A stretch of DNA of 64,000 nucleotides from Octopus sinensis (lineage: Eukaryota): NCBI RefSeq assembly GCF_006345805.1, contig NC_042998.1:56978001-57042000 (forward strand). The letters run 5' to 3'. Of the stretch, positions 12,824 to 25,481 are shown piece after piece; the first letter of the stretch is position 1; each line of letters starts with the position of its first letter. The notes below the pieces were generated by a model. It saw only the letters and a program-made list of their open reading frames with translations, ran no database searches and was not told the DNA's origin. A program made the position numbers and the translations under genes.

Positions 12824-13438
12824 CAAAGGAATTCCAAGTCTGTCTTTTATGTTTTACTTATATTCTTATAATATTAATGTAGGATGCAGAATATATAGTA
12901 TATATAGTAAAATGAAATGAAGTACTGATTGTCTTACTGAATATATGTAATATTGAATATCAAATATTAAAGGGCTAATATACTTTCTTGCATTTAAGCA
13001 GTTCAAGGTCCCGGGTTGTGACAGGAATATTTCAACTGTATATATAATATATATATATGTAGGTCCCGGGTTGATTCGGGGTTAACCACAGTAAATAAGG
13101 TACTCAATACATAGCAGAGTAAAATTATTTATTCTATATAATAATATATATATATATATATATATAATATATATATATATATAAATTTAACAATTAAGGA
13201 TAAAATCTTAATAAGAAATCTTAACAAGAAATTATCAGGTAGTTAGCGTGAAAAACCTCATAAGAGAAAAAAATCTGAAAATTTTTTGACTTGAAAATAT
13301 TTTTTAATATTATATAGAGGGCATTATTACACATAAATACCACACGCTAGGAGGTACTTTGAAAGTCAATACTACCAAAAATAAACGAATCGTCCCAAAT
13401 ACAGATCTCGAAGCAAGACATTTAGAAAAAGAATTTAG

Positions 13439-13500
13439 TTCCAGATCACTTCTGATTTCGCAATTAACGTATTATTTACGCCTTTTGTTCATCAGTGAAA
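13439..13500 (-). ncRNA. Type I hammerhead ribozyme motif (left arm)
   Basis: TTTCA-CTGATGA-ACAA...TTGC-GAAA-TCA-GAAG-TGA-TC-TGGAA; 10.1-11.1 pair is A.C. Confidence 0.6.
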
Positions 13501-13617
13501 TATATTCAGAATACATAAAAAATAAACAAAACCAAACATACCTAGCGGAACCAACAGGTATGCTCGGTTCCGCTAGGTATGTTTGGTTTTGTTTATTTTT
13601 GATGTATTCTGAATATA

Positions 13618-13679
13618 TTTCACTGATGAACAAAAGACGTAAATAATACGTTAATTGCGAAATCACAAGTGATCTGGAA
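13618..13679 (+). ncRNA. Type I hammerhead ribozyme motif (right arm), AUC site after 13674
   Basis: TTTCA-CTGATGA-ACAA...TTGC-GAAA-TCAC-AA-GTGA-TC-TGGAA; stems I and III pair; 10.1-11.1 pair is A.C. Confidence 0.62.
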
Positions 13680-13811
13680 CTAAATTCTTTTTCTAAATGT
13701 CTTGCTTCGAGATCTATATTTGGGACGATTCGTTTATTTTTGGTAGTAATGACTTTCAAAGTACCTCCTAGCGCGTGACATTTATGTGTAATAATGCCCT
13801 CTATATAATAT

Positions 13812-13889
<78 letters not shown>

Positions 13890-15142
13890 CATACACATAC
13901 AAAAAGACCTTAGGTTTTCTATCGCATTATTAGCCCTACATACATGTGAACAATGTTCCCCCATGTTTGATTTTTTTCATCCTTTTAACTTATTTTTATT
14001 ATATGTTTTATATTTTTCTTTACTTTATTGTACTCTATACCCACAAGTATTTTTTTGCACCCAGTTGAAGTTAATATAAATTTGCTTAGAATTTTAAGAA
14101 TTTTAATGATTAGATTCAATTAGTACTTCTTTCTTATCTCAAGGCATTTGTTTTTACCTTTTAGGCATACTTAACAAATTGCTTGATTCAAGGTAACTTT
14201 TCTCATAGTACCAATCCGCATGTGGACCAGGCATTAATTGTACCCATTAGTGCCACAATATTCTTTTAATATCCTTTATAATAATAGGAACTATATACTT
14301 TAATGACTATGTAATGCTTATGAAGCTTACTTAGGACATTTGTTGATAACTAGGGGTTTCATTACTTGATATTATTTCAGTACGAGACTTGGCCTTATAT
14401 GTTATCCGCCTAATTGTAAGTGCCATTTTATTTGTGTATTGCAGTGCACTTATAGGATGAATTTAGCTTACATACCTGTATGTACCTAATTATTATTACA
14501 ATGCGTTATATATGAGGTTTAGCCCAATTTCATTCGCTAGCAGTGTTCATTTGATCGCTGAATTACCAGTAGTAGTTGCCTCCCCTTAACCACTAACCTG
14601 CAGACTCCCTAATTTTCCCCTCATGTATGTTATAGCGTTAAGATGCTGAAGGACATAAACGGCCCTCAATATTTATGTATTGACTTATCCTCCGTATCTT
14701 TTTTCCTTTTTTCTCTTTTCTTTTCTTGTTTATTTCATAAGCAAATCATTTGTTACAGTTTTAACTTGTGACCCCGGTTCAAATTGTAACTGACCAATTC
14801 TAGAGACCGCTGGATTTAGACTTGCTCCATTGTGGATCATAGATGGGTTCTCAGTAGTAATTTCTGTGAGTAAATTGTTTCTTTAGCCCCCTACGATAAT
14901 TGTTTACTTTTACTTGAGTTTACTCCGTTTGCATAGGTACTAACCTTTGATAATCATCTTAGTATTTTCCTTATATATAGTTTCTAGATAATTTATTTTT
15001 CAAATACCCTGACCACGCCCTTAAAATTGCACCTACTCGTTAATAAATTGTAGTATTCCCTGGACCTTTACTAGCTCACTCTTTTACCCTTTTACCTACC
15101 GAACTTGCTCTTAATATATTGGTCTTCCAATATATGTATATA

Positions 15143-15182
<40 letters not shown>

Positions 15183-15229
15183 TAAATGAAAGAATGGAGT
15201 CGAACGAAGATGTTATCAAAATTCCTTTA

Positions 15230-15311
15230 CTCTCGACATATGTTTCGAAGACAACATGTTTTCATTCCAAAGGAATAAAGGGTGCATTATGCAATCTTCT
15301 CATCAGGAAAG
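15230..15311 (-). ncRNA. Type I hammerhead ribozyme (inverted terminal repeat)
   Basis: Reverse complement of the 16571-16652 motif with the core intact. Confidence 0.78.
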
Positions 15312-15501
15312 AAAGGGAGCCTCTCTCGACAACAAGACAAACAAAAATTTCGATGACTGCCTACATGGTAAACAAAACGATAATGAGTCTTTTTTAAAAA
15401 AACCGTTAGAAGAATTGACGTCAAAGATAGATAGTAGGAAGAGAAGGGTTAAAGGAATAATAGGTATGGAACAAGTGGAGAGGGAAGGGTACGTTGATTG
15501 A

Positions 15502-16293
15502 AAGAATGTTCGAAAAATTAGCAAGATTAGTGTATCTTCCCACAATACCAAGCTGCTAAACAAAGATTCTTCACCCGGGAGTTCCAACACTAATCTTGCT
15601 AATTCCAACCCATCATACAATCATAATAATAGGAATAGTATTAATAGTAACAGCATTGGTAGCAGCGAAAGTGTTATCAATGATAACATTAATAATAGTA
15701 TTAGCCGTGTTAATAACAATGTTAGTGTTGATGGTAACAATAATAACGGTATTATTGTCGGTGGTATTACTGGTTGTATTACCACTAATAATACTAATAA
15801 TAATAGAAATAGTGTAGTTGTTGGCGCTAATAATAATAGTAACAACAATCATAACAATAAAAACTTCGTTTCGATCTCGGAGGACAACCCCAACAGAATA
15901 AAATTTTTGTCTAGTAATTCTAAGATTAAGAATTCTATTTATCAGTGTAGAATTTCTTCCGGTACCGATGTCTTCTATATAGGAGCGTCCACTTCCCAGT
16001 TATCCAAGAGAATTTCAAACCATTATTCAACATTCAGGGATAGTAAAAAACGACATAGTACTGGGCTAAGTAAATTAGTTTGGCGTCTTAAAGACAACAA
16101 TATAAATGTCAAGTTAGATTGGTTCATACTGTCTGTATCCTTTCCTTTTGATAAGGGCAGGAGATTTTGTAACATTTGCAACTCTGAACTCTTCTATATT
16201 CTCTTCTCTAAGGTTCCCCTAGTAAACACACTCATAGAAAAATCATACAAATGTAAACACTGGCAGAAACATACTTTCTACTCATATAAATGA
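15502..16293 (+). CDS. PLE C-terminal region: Asn-rich linker plus GIY-YIG endonuclease (open frame, no ATG)
   Basis: By my reading the frame is open from 15502 to the TGA ending at 16293; SSHNTKLLNK linker motif, IYQCRISSGTDVFYIG, KRISNH, LSKLVWRLK, FCNICNSELFYIL. Confidence 0.82.
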   Translation, partial: KNVRKISKISVSSHNTKLLNKDSSPGSSNTNLANSNPSYNHNNRNSINSNSIGSSESVINDNINNSISRVNNNVSVDGNNNNGIIVGGITGCITTNNTNNNRNSVVVGANNNSNNNHNNKNFVSISEDNPNRIKFLSSNSKIKNSIYQCRISSGTDVFYIGASTSQLSKRISNHYSTFRDSKKRHSTGLSKLVWRLKDNNINVKLDWFILSVSFPFDKGRRFCNICNSELFYILFSKVPLVNTLIEKSYKCKHWQKHTFYSYK

Positions 16294-16570
16294 TAACGAT
16301 AGTCACTGTGGTTTGAACAATTAGCTTTACGTCTCCCCACTTCTATAGCGAAATTCTTTCCTAAGCCTTCGAACATTCTTTCAATCAACGTACCCTTCCC
16401 TCTCCACTTGTTCCCTACCTATTATTTCTTTAACCCTTCTCTTCCTACTATCTATCTTTGACGTCAATTCTTCTAACGATTTTAAAAAAAAATACTCATT
16501 ATCGTTTTGTTTACCATGTAGGCAGTCATCGAAATTTTTGTTTGTCTTGTTGTCGAGAGAGGCTCCCTTT

Positions 16571-16652
16571 CTTTCCTGATGAGAAGATTGCATAATGCAC
16601 CCTTTATTCCTTTGGAATGAAAACATGTTGTCTTCGAAACATATGTCGAGAG
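16571..16652 (+). ncRNA. Type I hammerhead ribozyme, GUC site after 16647
   Basis: CTTTC-CTGATGA-GAAGA...TCTTC-GAAA-C-ATAT-GTC-GAGAG; all core nucleotides canonical; palindromic ACATATGT stem III. Confidence 0.8.
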
Positions 16653-16855
16653 TAAAGGAATTTTGATAACATCTTCGTTCGACTTCATTCTTTCATTTAT
16701 TCATATACAACCCACAAATTTCTGCACATGAACCCGGAGTTTCTACCCTTGGACAGGTCGCTTCAACCGTGTTTCTGACGTGAATTTGCTACCCAGGTTT
16801 CGGTTAAACCAATTTTCCATGCTGACGATAAACATAGGATAATTCATTCACCTAT

Positions 16856-16924
<69 letters not shown>

Positions 16925-17562
16925 CCTCTTTAGAAAACCAATTTTTAAGCGTGTGAAAATTCATTCTTTTGTTTTGTCTTATTAGTCATTTTCAGAAAAA
17001 AAATCTTTCGATAATCAATTTTGCCGTTTTAGTCTACACCTTATCTTGATTCACGTCTAATTACCGGAATGTATTGCTATTAAATAATCCCAGAGTTGGA
17101 AAAGAGGGCAGCAGTATCCACCACCTCTTGAAATTCTTCTACATTGGTGAGACAAATATGGTTGATGTTCTATTTGTGAAACAACAACTTAGCAAAAACA
17201 CCTAAGTTCCACGAGGCTCCGGTGGGGGTAGTGGTGAACCCCACTGTATTCTTTCACCACAACTTTCTCTCACACTTTCTTCCTACTTCTGCCACAAAGC
17301 ATAGGAACCATGGTGTAATCCACTGTGGTGTGGTAAACTTTCAGACGCTAGTCTGGATTGTGAATCCTCTGTACCCCAGGATGGTTCAGCTCTCCACCCG
17401 TTAAAAGCCACCGTTTACGGAATGAGGATAACAACGTAGCTTTCGCGCCTGTGCAACCGCCAGTCTATCGCGTGTGGTGGGCGGATCTTCAAGTTGCCAC
17501 ATGCATTCTTAGTAGCTTGTAGGCTCGAATTAGAGATTATTCTAATGGCGTGAGTCCTGATT

Positions 17563-17752
17563 GAAAGAAGGAGAAGGAGAAGAAGAAGAAGAAGAAGAAG
17601 AAGAAGAAGAAAGAAGAAGAAGAAGAGGAGAAGAAGAAGAAGAAGAAGAAGAAGAGAGAAGAAGAAGAAGAAGAAGAAGAAGAAGAAGAAGAAGAAGAAG
17701 AAGAAGAAGAAGAAGAAGAAGAAGAAGAAGAAGAAGAAGAAGAAGAAGAAGA
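17563..17752 (+). repeat. (GAA)n purine microsatellite
   Basis: Seen directly. Confidence 0.95.
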
Positions 17753-18594
17753 CAGCACCTGTGGGAATTCTAGAGCTTTTATATGCACCTGGGATTGTCA
17801 TCAGAGGCTGTGCATGAGAATCCGATCAAATATTCAGCAGGGTATTTTTTTTTCGTTTAATTAAAATTATTTTTTCACTGGTTTAGGCAGAGGAGGATTT
17901 GTTGCACTTATGGTGTTTTGGAGGGTCTCGAAGAATGGTTGGGAATAGAACTTAGGATTCATGGCTTACCATTGTAGAGTAAAGCAGTACATCAAAATCG
18001 TGGTAATTTTACAGGCCTGAAAATATGAGGAGCCTTGATCTGGCAAAGTGTTTAGTACTGTGGTTGATGCTGACTAACAGTAGGGTTGGATAAGGAGAGG
18101 AAAAAAAATTAGAAATTTAGGTGAAAGTGTTAGAAATCACTTAGTTCAGATGAGTAAAAGATACTCAAGTTGCAGTAGAAGTGACACAAATAAGAAACAG
18201 TGCATCTTTGAGTCTAAGGTTCTATTATGTTCCAAAGTGAAGTTTTACCAATAAATTTGATCTCATTTTAATTTTTATCCATTCCAATGTCGAACAGTTG
18301 AGAGCTAGTACGTTAGTTTATCAGGATTTTGTCCATTGAAGTTAGAATTTAAGCTCAACTTTGCTAAGAAATTAATCAGTTTTCAATAATGAAGTATTCC
18401 ACTTTTCCAGCAGCAAAGTGTAGTTCCCTATGATACTTGTTGACATCTAGATTGGATATGTTGAGAGCTGAGTGCTTGTTTTTACAGAACTTAGTTGGGA
18501 GAGAAGGAAGGAGAGTAACTATAAGCCTTTTCAGGATCTTTGGCGTTGGTGGAATGGAAACGAAGAAGTTGTCCTCAGACCGCAAATCGGACCC

Positions 18595-18714
18595 GAATGT
18601 TTGAGGTAAACTGAATTCTGACAAAGGTATACAAGAACCAAATGATGGTGTTAAGAATGTTTGAGTTAAACCGAATTCTGACAAAGGTATACAAGAACCA
18701 AATAATGGTGTTAA
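18595..18714. repeat. Two-copy 60-bp tandem repeat
   Basis: GAATGTTTGAG...GAATTCTGACAAAGGTATACAAGAACCAAAT...GGTGTTAA occurs twice in tandem. Confidence 0.9.
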
Positions 18715-19899
18715 ACCGGGTGACGGATGTAGTCTATTGTACAACGATGAAAATATATATATTTTTTTTTGCTAGGAACACATAACGTCGATAACTCGAC
18801 GAACAACAAACTCTACAATCGATATTTCGTCCAGTTGTGATAACACATTTACCATACCTTGTATAAAACTAACAAAGGACGACATTTCTATATTATCATT
18901 CTACTGTAGTCTATATATTTAACTGTTTAAACAATTGGACCGAAATCGAAGATGTAATCTCTTATAAAAACAACATTCATATTATTCTTTAGACGACCGA
19001 AAAATATGGAGCGAACCCAAAGTTAGATTATTATATTTATATTATATATATTATTCATATGACAATCGCTAATCAATGAATATTTTAAATTAAGAGTCAC
19101 CCATATATCATTGAAATACAATTATATTTAGAATCCTGAGGTCAGTGAAACAGGTACTGTTTCATTCATTGAGGCTACGAGTTCAAGTGCAGTCACGGAT
19201 ATTATAATCCGAAATGAAAATAAGAGCATTAAGGTTTGTTAAAATTTTACTGACAGATACTGCAGCAAAATAACATAAACAAATTCTGTCTTTGATTTAG
19301 TTTCATAGTTAAGATTATTTACTTGACGCAAAGATAAACAAATAATAGATAACAACTACGAAGACAGACATAAGCGACAATTTATAACAAAGAATATAGT
19401 TTTCAAAGACTTTATTATCTTAGCTCCTTCAGATGTGTGGATTTTATACCATCTCAAAAAATCAAACGCTTCAGAAATAATACAACCTCAAAAGAAAGTA
19501 CTGTAATTCATAGTTCTCTATAAAATTCTAACAATCTTACAATTATCAAAATAACTATAGAATTTTCACACGTATTACGAGTTCACCTTAAGAAACGAGT
19601 ATGCTAGTCTGTCATAGTATGGACACTCGCTTTATGTCGTTTTTTGCTCTATAAATCTTCTTTCAATGAGAATCTCCATTTTACCTACGTACTTCTAACA
19701 AGCAGTAACTTTTATCTTTTGTTTGCCTCAGTCATTGGGCTGTGGTCATGCTGGAGCACCGCCTTGAAGTGTTTAGTTGAACAGATCGATCCCAGCATTA
19801 TTTTGTTAAATCTTACGGGGATGTGAACAAACCAACACTGGTTGTCAAGTAGTGGTGGTGGTAGGATACACACAAACAAATACATACATACATTTATTA

Positions 19900-20110
19900 G
19901 TTTCAAATTTTGTCGCAAAGATAGCAATTTCCTGGAAGTGGGTAAGTCGATTGGATCGAACCCAGCTCAATTGATACTTATTTTATCGATTTCGAAAGGA
20001 TGAAAGGCAAAGCCAATCCCGGCGGAATTTGAACTCAGAACGCAAAGACAGAGGAAATACCGCTAGGCATTTTGTCCGGTGGGCGAACGATAATACCAGC
20101 TCACTATCTT
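19900..20110 (-). mobile_element. Family E copy (diverged)
   Basis: GAAAGGATGAAAGGCAAAG...GGCGGAATTTGAACTCAGAACG. Confidence 0.75.
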
Positions 20111-21305
20111 AACACACACACACACACACACACACACATTGTTCAGTTATGTTCAGTTATGATAAAAACGATTTTACATTAATTTGAAGGGTCCCTGCAT
20201 GCTTTTGTAGAGTACAAAATTCCCAGCCAACCAAGCCATCATCGAAGCTTCGAAGGCACTGTCAATACTATTCTCGTTAAAGAATATATATATTTAAACA
20301 CGACGGGCTTCCGCACAGCTTCCGTTTACTAAATTCATGCACAGCCCAAGGAACCCGAAATCACGTTGGCTGCAACCACATAGCCACGCCTGCGCCTATT
20401 GAACGAATATTTTAATCATACCAATGAACGCATCAACACTTCATATTCTTCACATAGACTCCAACACAAGACAATACTTTACAACGCTACCGCAATGATG
20501 AATGTTATCAATATTCTTCAGTGATATCAATACTCATCCATGCTATAAATATTATTACATGTTATCAATAATTTTCAATTAATATTAATAGCGGAAGTAT
20601 CAATTTCACTGTTACCAACAATATTTTGTCTGAGTCAACGAGAGAACCTGTACCTGTTCACTCCACTCATTAGAAATACCTGCCAAAGTTCCCTTAAATA
20701 ACATTACTCAACTTACAAAGAGAAAGAGACGTATGTATTCCGGATAATGTAGTCCTGAATACATTATATCGTAAGCGAAAACTCGATGATCCTGGCTTGG
20801 ATATCTTTAATCATACAGCTGCTCGACCATGAATAACCTGGGATTAAACAATATCATTTCAAATGTAACAAAGCAACAACCCACCAACTTTAAATATAAC
20901 ATCGTGGCACCAGCAGTAAATTAAACACTGATTTTAATACTTTGATTTTCCTGAGAGACTATTGATTTCTCAGAGAAGAGTGATTGATTGAACCAAATAC
21001 ATTATATCCCCGGTAAAATGCCAGACGCTTTATTGAACCAGTTGAATAAACTATCAGGTGAAACTTAAAAGTCCCAGACAAAACAAATATTATAATAAAT
21101 TTGGCTCTACTATCTTCATTTCGGTTTTCACCTGTGGTCATAAATGCTGGTAAATGACCGAAGAGTTCGGGGATTCCTCCAAAGGATTTCTGAAGTAACA
21201 TTATTCTACAGCGTATGTAGCTCAGAAATCAGTGGTGGTGGTGGGGTCTCTCTAGGTCAAGCCTCAACTTCTCCGTATTGATATGTATATGTCACAGCTC
21301 CGGTC

Positions 21306-21550
21306 GTACATTGGATTAGAATGTCGAAAGAAAGAATCGCAAGATGGGTTCTTCAAGTCGAACCAACCCGCAGGAGATCTAAGAGTAGACCAAGAACGAG
21401 ACGGTGGGATAATATCTATAATCTCTGTTGGTCACTCTCGGGAGTCTCGCTGGGAATTCTAATGATGCTTTCTTCTGATAGGACCCTATGAAAGAAGTAC
21501 CACGGTCTTCTCTGTGATAGTGAGAGAAGAACATGGATGGATGGATGAAT
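21306..21550 (+). mobile_element. RTE-type LINE 3' end with (TGGA)n tail
   Basis: Translation VHWIRMSKERIARWVLQVEPTRRRSKSRPRTRRWDNIYNLCWS followed by ATGGATGGATGGATG. Confidence 0.65.
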
Positions 21551-22328
21551 TTGACTCTTTTTTTCAATATTGAAACTTCTCATCAGTAAATGTTCTGCTG
21601 CTATAGTCTAACGTTCGTTACAATAATAACTACCTGAAAATAGCATTGATATTTCTGGTGTATATTTCCAAATGAAGACAGAGGACAAAAAGTCAACTCT
21701 TAGGATATCTGATGTAGGATGTGAAAATGTGGTATTTTTGTGTGGTGGAGGGAGAGAGAAAGAGAATGAGAGAGAGAGAGAAATTACTTCAAGTTCAGTA
21801 CTTGTCTGGTAGTTAATCACCTTCCGAAAGATGGAGGTCAAAGTCAACATTTCTGGAATTTGAACTTTGAATGTAAAGGAATGTAGCATATGTTAAAAGC
21901 AATGTTTTCTGGCATTCTGTTCTGTCATTGTTTTTTATAAACTCAACAACAAAGAGTTAACTAGAAGGCATCTTCCTGGTTGTTCGGCCTGATAGAAATA
22001 GCACGCAAACCTTCCTTAAATAATGCCTGTATTACTAAAAGATGAACAAGATATTAGTCAATGTAGTTCTTGATAAACACAATGAACTGAAGAGCACAGA
22101 CAGAACACCTTTGATTATATTTCTGCTCGATCAAGACTGATTAGGGAGGAACAAAAACAACAATTTTAATCATAGCGCATATAACTAAAAATGGATAAAA
22201 AGAAAATTAAAAGAAAATCAGCTGATAAACTTCTAAAATATTTTGATGTCCAGAATCCGAAGAATCCAGTTAGGGATCTGTGTCGGCGAGAATAATCAAC
22301 TGTCTAGTTTATGTTAAACAAGAATAGA

Positions 22329-22652
22329 ATAAAATAATTACGGAGATGTACTTGCATAGCAAGTGACCTGATCTGAGATCGTGTGCTGGAACGAAAACAA
22401 TTGCAGCGTGGAAGATGTTTATAAGTCATTTAAGAAACACACAAAAGCCGTTAGATTCACTTCAACATTTAAATTTAATTTGTCAAAATATTTTCGTCGC
22501 TTTGAGACCGCGACCTGTTCACTGACAAAATTCCTTGCTGTCGCGGTCTCAAAGAGACGAAAATATTTCGACAAATTAAATTTAAATGTTGAAGTGAATC
22601 TAACGGTTTTTGTGTGTTTCTTAAATGGCTTATAAACACCTTCCACGCTGCA
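22329..22652. repeat. Dispersed repeat copy ending in a 113-bp fold-back (22402-22514/22540-22652)
   Basis: Homologous to the non-palindromic copy at 56192-56420. Confidence 0.85.
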
Positions 22653-22824
22653 GAATAAAATAAGTCTGTATGGAAAAGGTATCGACATTTCGAATACGAT
22701 TTTTTAATCAAGATAGAGAAAAAAAATTTGAAATCATTAGAGAAAATGTGAAAAATGAAGTCCACGAGTGTTATTCAAATAGAACCATTGGCGATACATG
22801 TATACCATTTTCTCACCCTTTTTT

Positions 22825-23185
22825 CTATGTATGTATGTATGTATGTATGTATGTATGTATGTTTGTATGTATGTATGTATGTATGTATGTATGTATGTAT
22901 GCATGTATGTATGTATGCATGTATGTATGAATGCATGCATGCATGTATGAATGCATACATGTATGTATGTATGTATGTATGTATGTATACATGCATGTAT
23001 GTATGTATGTCATTATTCAGTTTTATTTCAAGATTTCTAACCTAGATCCAAGGCTCCTTCACTGGAATTTCAAGAACACCAACAGGGTATTTTGGTACGC
23101 ATGTATGTATGTAGACGTGCAGATTTGTATGTTTTGTTTAATGTATGTATGTATGTATGTATGTATGTATGTATGTATGCATGCA
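22825..23185. repeat. (TATG)n microsatellites flanking a short dispersed repeat
   Basis: The intervening CTAGATCCAAGGCTCCTTCA...GAACACCAACAGGGTATTTT segment recurs inverted at about 50285-50350. Confidence 0.8.
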
Positions 23186-24739
23186 TGCATACATTGTAAA
23201 ATTTTTCCATTATAAAATTGCTATTTCGAATGAGACAGCATAACAGTTAACCAACACGTAGAACTTCATATAAATTCATATATATTGAACTTCCAGTCAC
23301 ATATTAAACATTTTCCCTCTGATATTGTCTTTTGTTATATACATTCGGCTTATTTACAGAGTGAATATCTGCGAGAAGAATAAAACAGGAGATTTAGTTT
23401 AAGTCCTTATTATTTATATCTTTTGTATACTAATAAAAGATCTTGCTCGAAACGTTGTCATCGTTACCTTTGCTATATGTTTTAATAACGCTGATATTGT
23501 ATATTTTCCCCTTTTTTTATTTAGATATTTAGTACGGTCGCTGGCCATTACTTGAGCACACTACGTCGGAATTCACTAACTGAGATGTCAGCCTTTTCTA
23601 CTAATCGCAGCGATTAAACACATTGACAGCCAACGAAATTCTCTTGGCTTGATGTCGATATAAACCATCAGGGGTTTCGTGAGAGTCCTGAATCCTAGTT
23701 TTGCCTTTACTGATAAAATGTAGAGCCAAGCATCAAACATCTGCAATTTCCCAGCTTCACTACTTTTATTGACCAAGAACATAAATCAATAGTTAATTAA
23801 CTATATTGGCTTTGAGAGAAGAGTGGAAAGTAGAATTTAGGACATACCGGTCTGTTTCTGAACAAAAGTGAGTAGTATTATACACTATTTGTTTAGCATC
23901 TCATAATGATACGGGCGAATACAGCTCAATTACAAGCTTGGAAATAGTAATTTTAAAAACCCTAGGGTTAAAATAATAAAACACGGGAAGTTAATTTAAG
24001 CTTCTAAAATATCAAACCTGAACTTAAACAAAAATTAGAACGAATACGAGTTATTAAGATTCTGGCTTCTTTTCTGGTTCCGCTATTCAGTCTCAGTTTT
24101 TCTCAGGGTGTCCTGAACTAACCGTAATAAATTAGCTTACAATATTAGTAGTTCTCACATCCAGCCCTCCCCTGTTGAAATAACAGCAGAAACATCAACA
24201 TTAACATATGCTTAATTACTGGCTACGGTTTTCTCGTATACTAAGATGATGTAATAAAGAGCTATAAAGAAGACTAAAATCTCGGCAACATTAAACTGTT
24301 TTCCGCTGAAATGTTCAATACAAGAGGAAGTATAATTGGCTGTTTTCTGTATCCTTTTATAATCAAATAGGACAGTTACCCTAGTTGCAAACAACTATGG
24401 AGAGGTTCAGTATACTACTGTAAAAAAGTCGAAGCACTCTGATTCCTTAGTTCAGGTCAGTTCTGGTCGAGCAGATCTTGTTTCGGTTAGGATACGACTG
24501 GAATCATGTCCTATCCGATACGATATTGCCCAAAGTGTACAAGAGTATGCAACTTGATGAAAATTTGCCAAGTGAGTGAAAAGTTCCTGGCTTCAAGGAG
24601 GCCCAACCTTCCGAGTTCTTTTACGGAAAAACTGAAGGACCGCTGCGATAAGTGTGAATCTGAGAGGGGAAGATGTTGAATAAAATCATAATTACTGATC
24701 TTCCTGTATTATCTTTTACTCAAAGCCAGGAACTTTTAT

Positions 24740-24860
24740 GTTCTCTTATTGTTCTCTTATATGTTCTCTCTTATATGTTCTCTCTTATTGTTCTCTTATA
24801 TGTTCTCTCATATGTTCTCTCTTATTGTTCTCTTATATGTTCTCTCATATGTTCTCTTAT
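24740..24860. repeat. Minisatellite, ~34-bp unit built on ATGTTCTCTCTTATTGTTCTCTTAT
   Basis: About three tandem units seen directly. Confidence 0.85.
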
Positions 24861-25481
24861 TTAGGAACAAGATTTTCAAAGTTTGCTCCAATGAAGTAAG
24901 ATATATCTATGTTTTGCCACTTGGAGAGGATATCTAGTTGGCTAACTACTTAAAGATACCAGATAAAACAAAATCCTCAATGCTATCATTATGATAATGA
25001 TCATCACGATTACCGTCATAATCAACTAAATATATTAAATACAATCTACAAAGAGATTAAGTAAATTAAAAGTAAATATGTTGGCTCTAAAGACAACATA
25101 GTGTCATTCAATTAGTAAACCATTTTTAGTTGTTTAACCTCAAGCCAGCCCTGATTGAGCAGACCCATGATCAAAATGTACTGGCTGTCAGTATATCATC
25201 TTTTCTTTCCGATATTGAACATCTAAGATGAACTTATCCAATGTCCTCTTTGTTAAAAACATTATAGTGAGATTTATGGGATCTGATTGCTATTTCTAAC
25301 ATGTCAAGAGAAATCGCAGAGGCTTCCAAGTGGCCTGGGTACTATAAACGTTATTTAAATAGCCATATAAATTTCTAAAATTGCTGCGGAATGACTTAGA
25401 AATTTAGTCTTTTCGATTGAAATCCTACTCAGCGTTTTGTAAGTTAATTACAAACATCTTTTCAATATAAGTGACCATATT

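Larger units (their letters stand above)
13307..13811. repeat. 505-bp fold-back element: 246-bp arms (13307-13552, 13566-13811), 13-nt loop
   Basis: Near-perfect inverted repeat; mirror ORFs 13359-13646(+) and 13472-13759(-) translate almost identically. Confidence 0.97.
15176..16707 (+). mobile_element. 5'-truncated Penelope-like element with inverted ~340-bp terminal repeats (15176-15514, 16368-16707)
   Basis: GIY-YIG ORF followed by a hammerhead-bearing terminal repeat; inverted copy at the 5' side; no RT. Confidence 0.88.

Noticed and set aside
13359-13759. Near-identical 95-aa ORFs on both strands (similarly 15194/16482, 15256/16381, 22381/22419)
   Set aside because: Mirror artefacts of inverted repeats.
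17880-18750. Coding-like minus-strand stretch, possibly a PLE remnant
   Set aside because: No diagnostic motif could be aligned.
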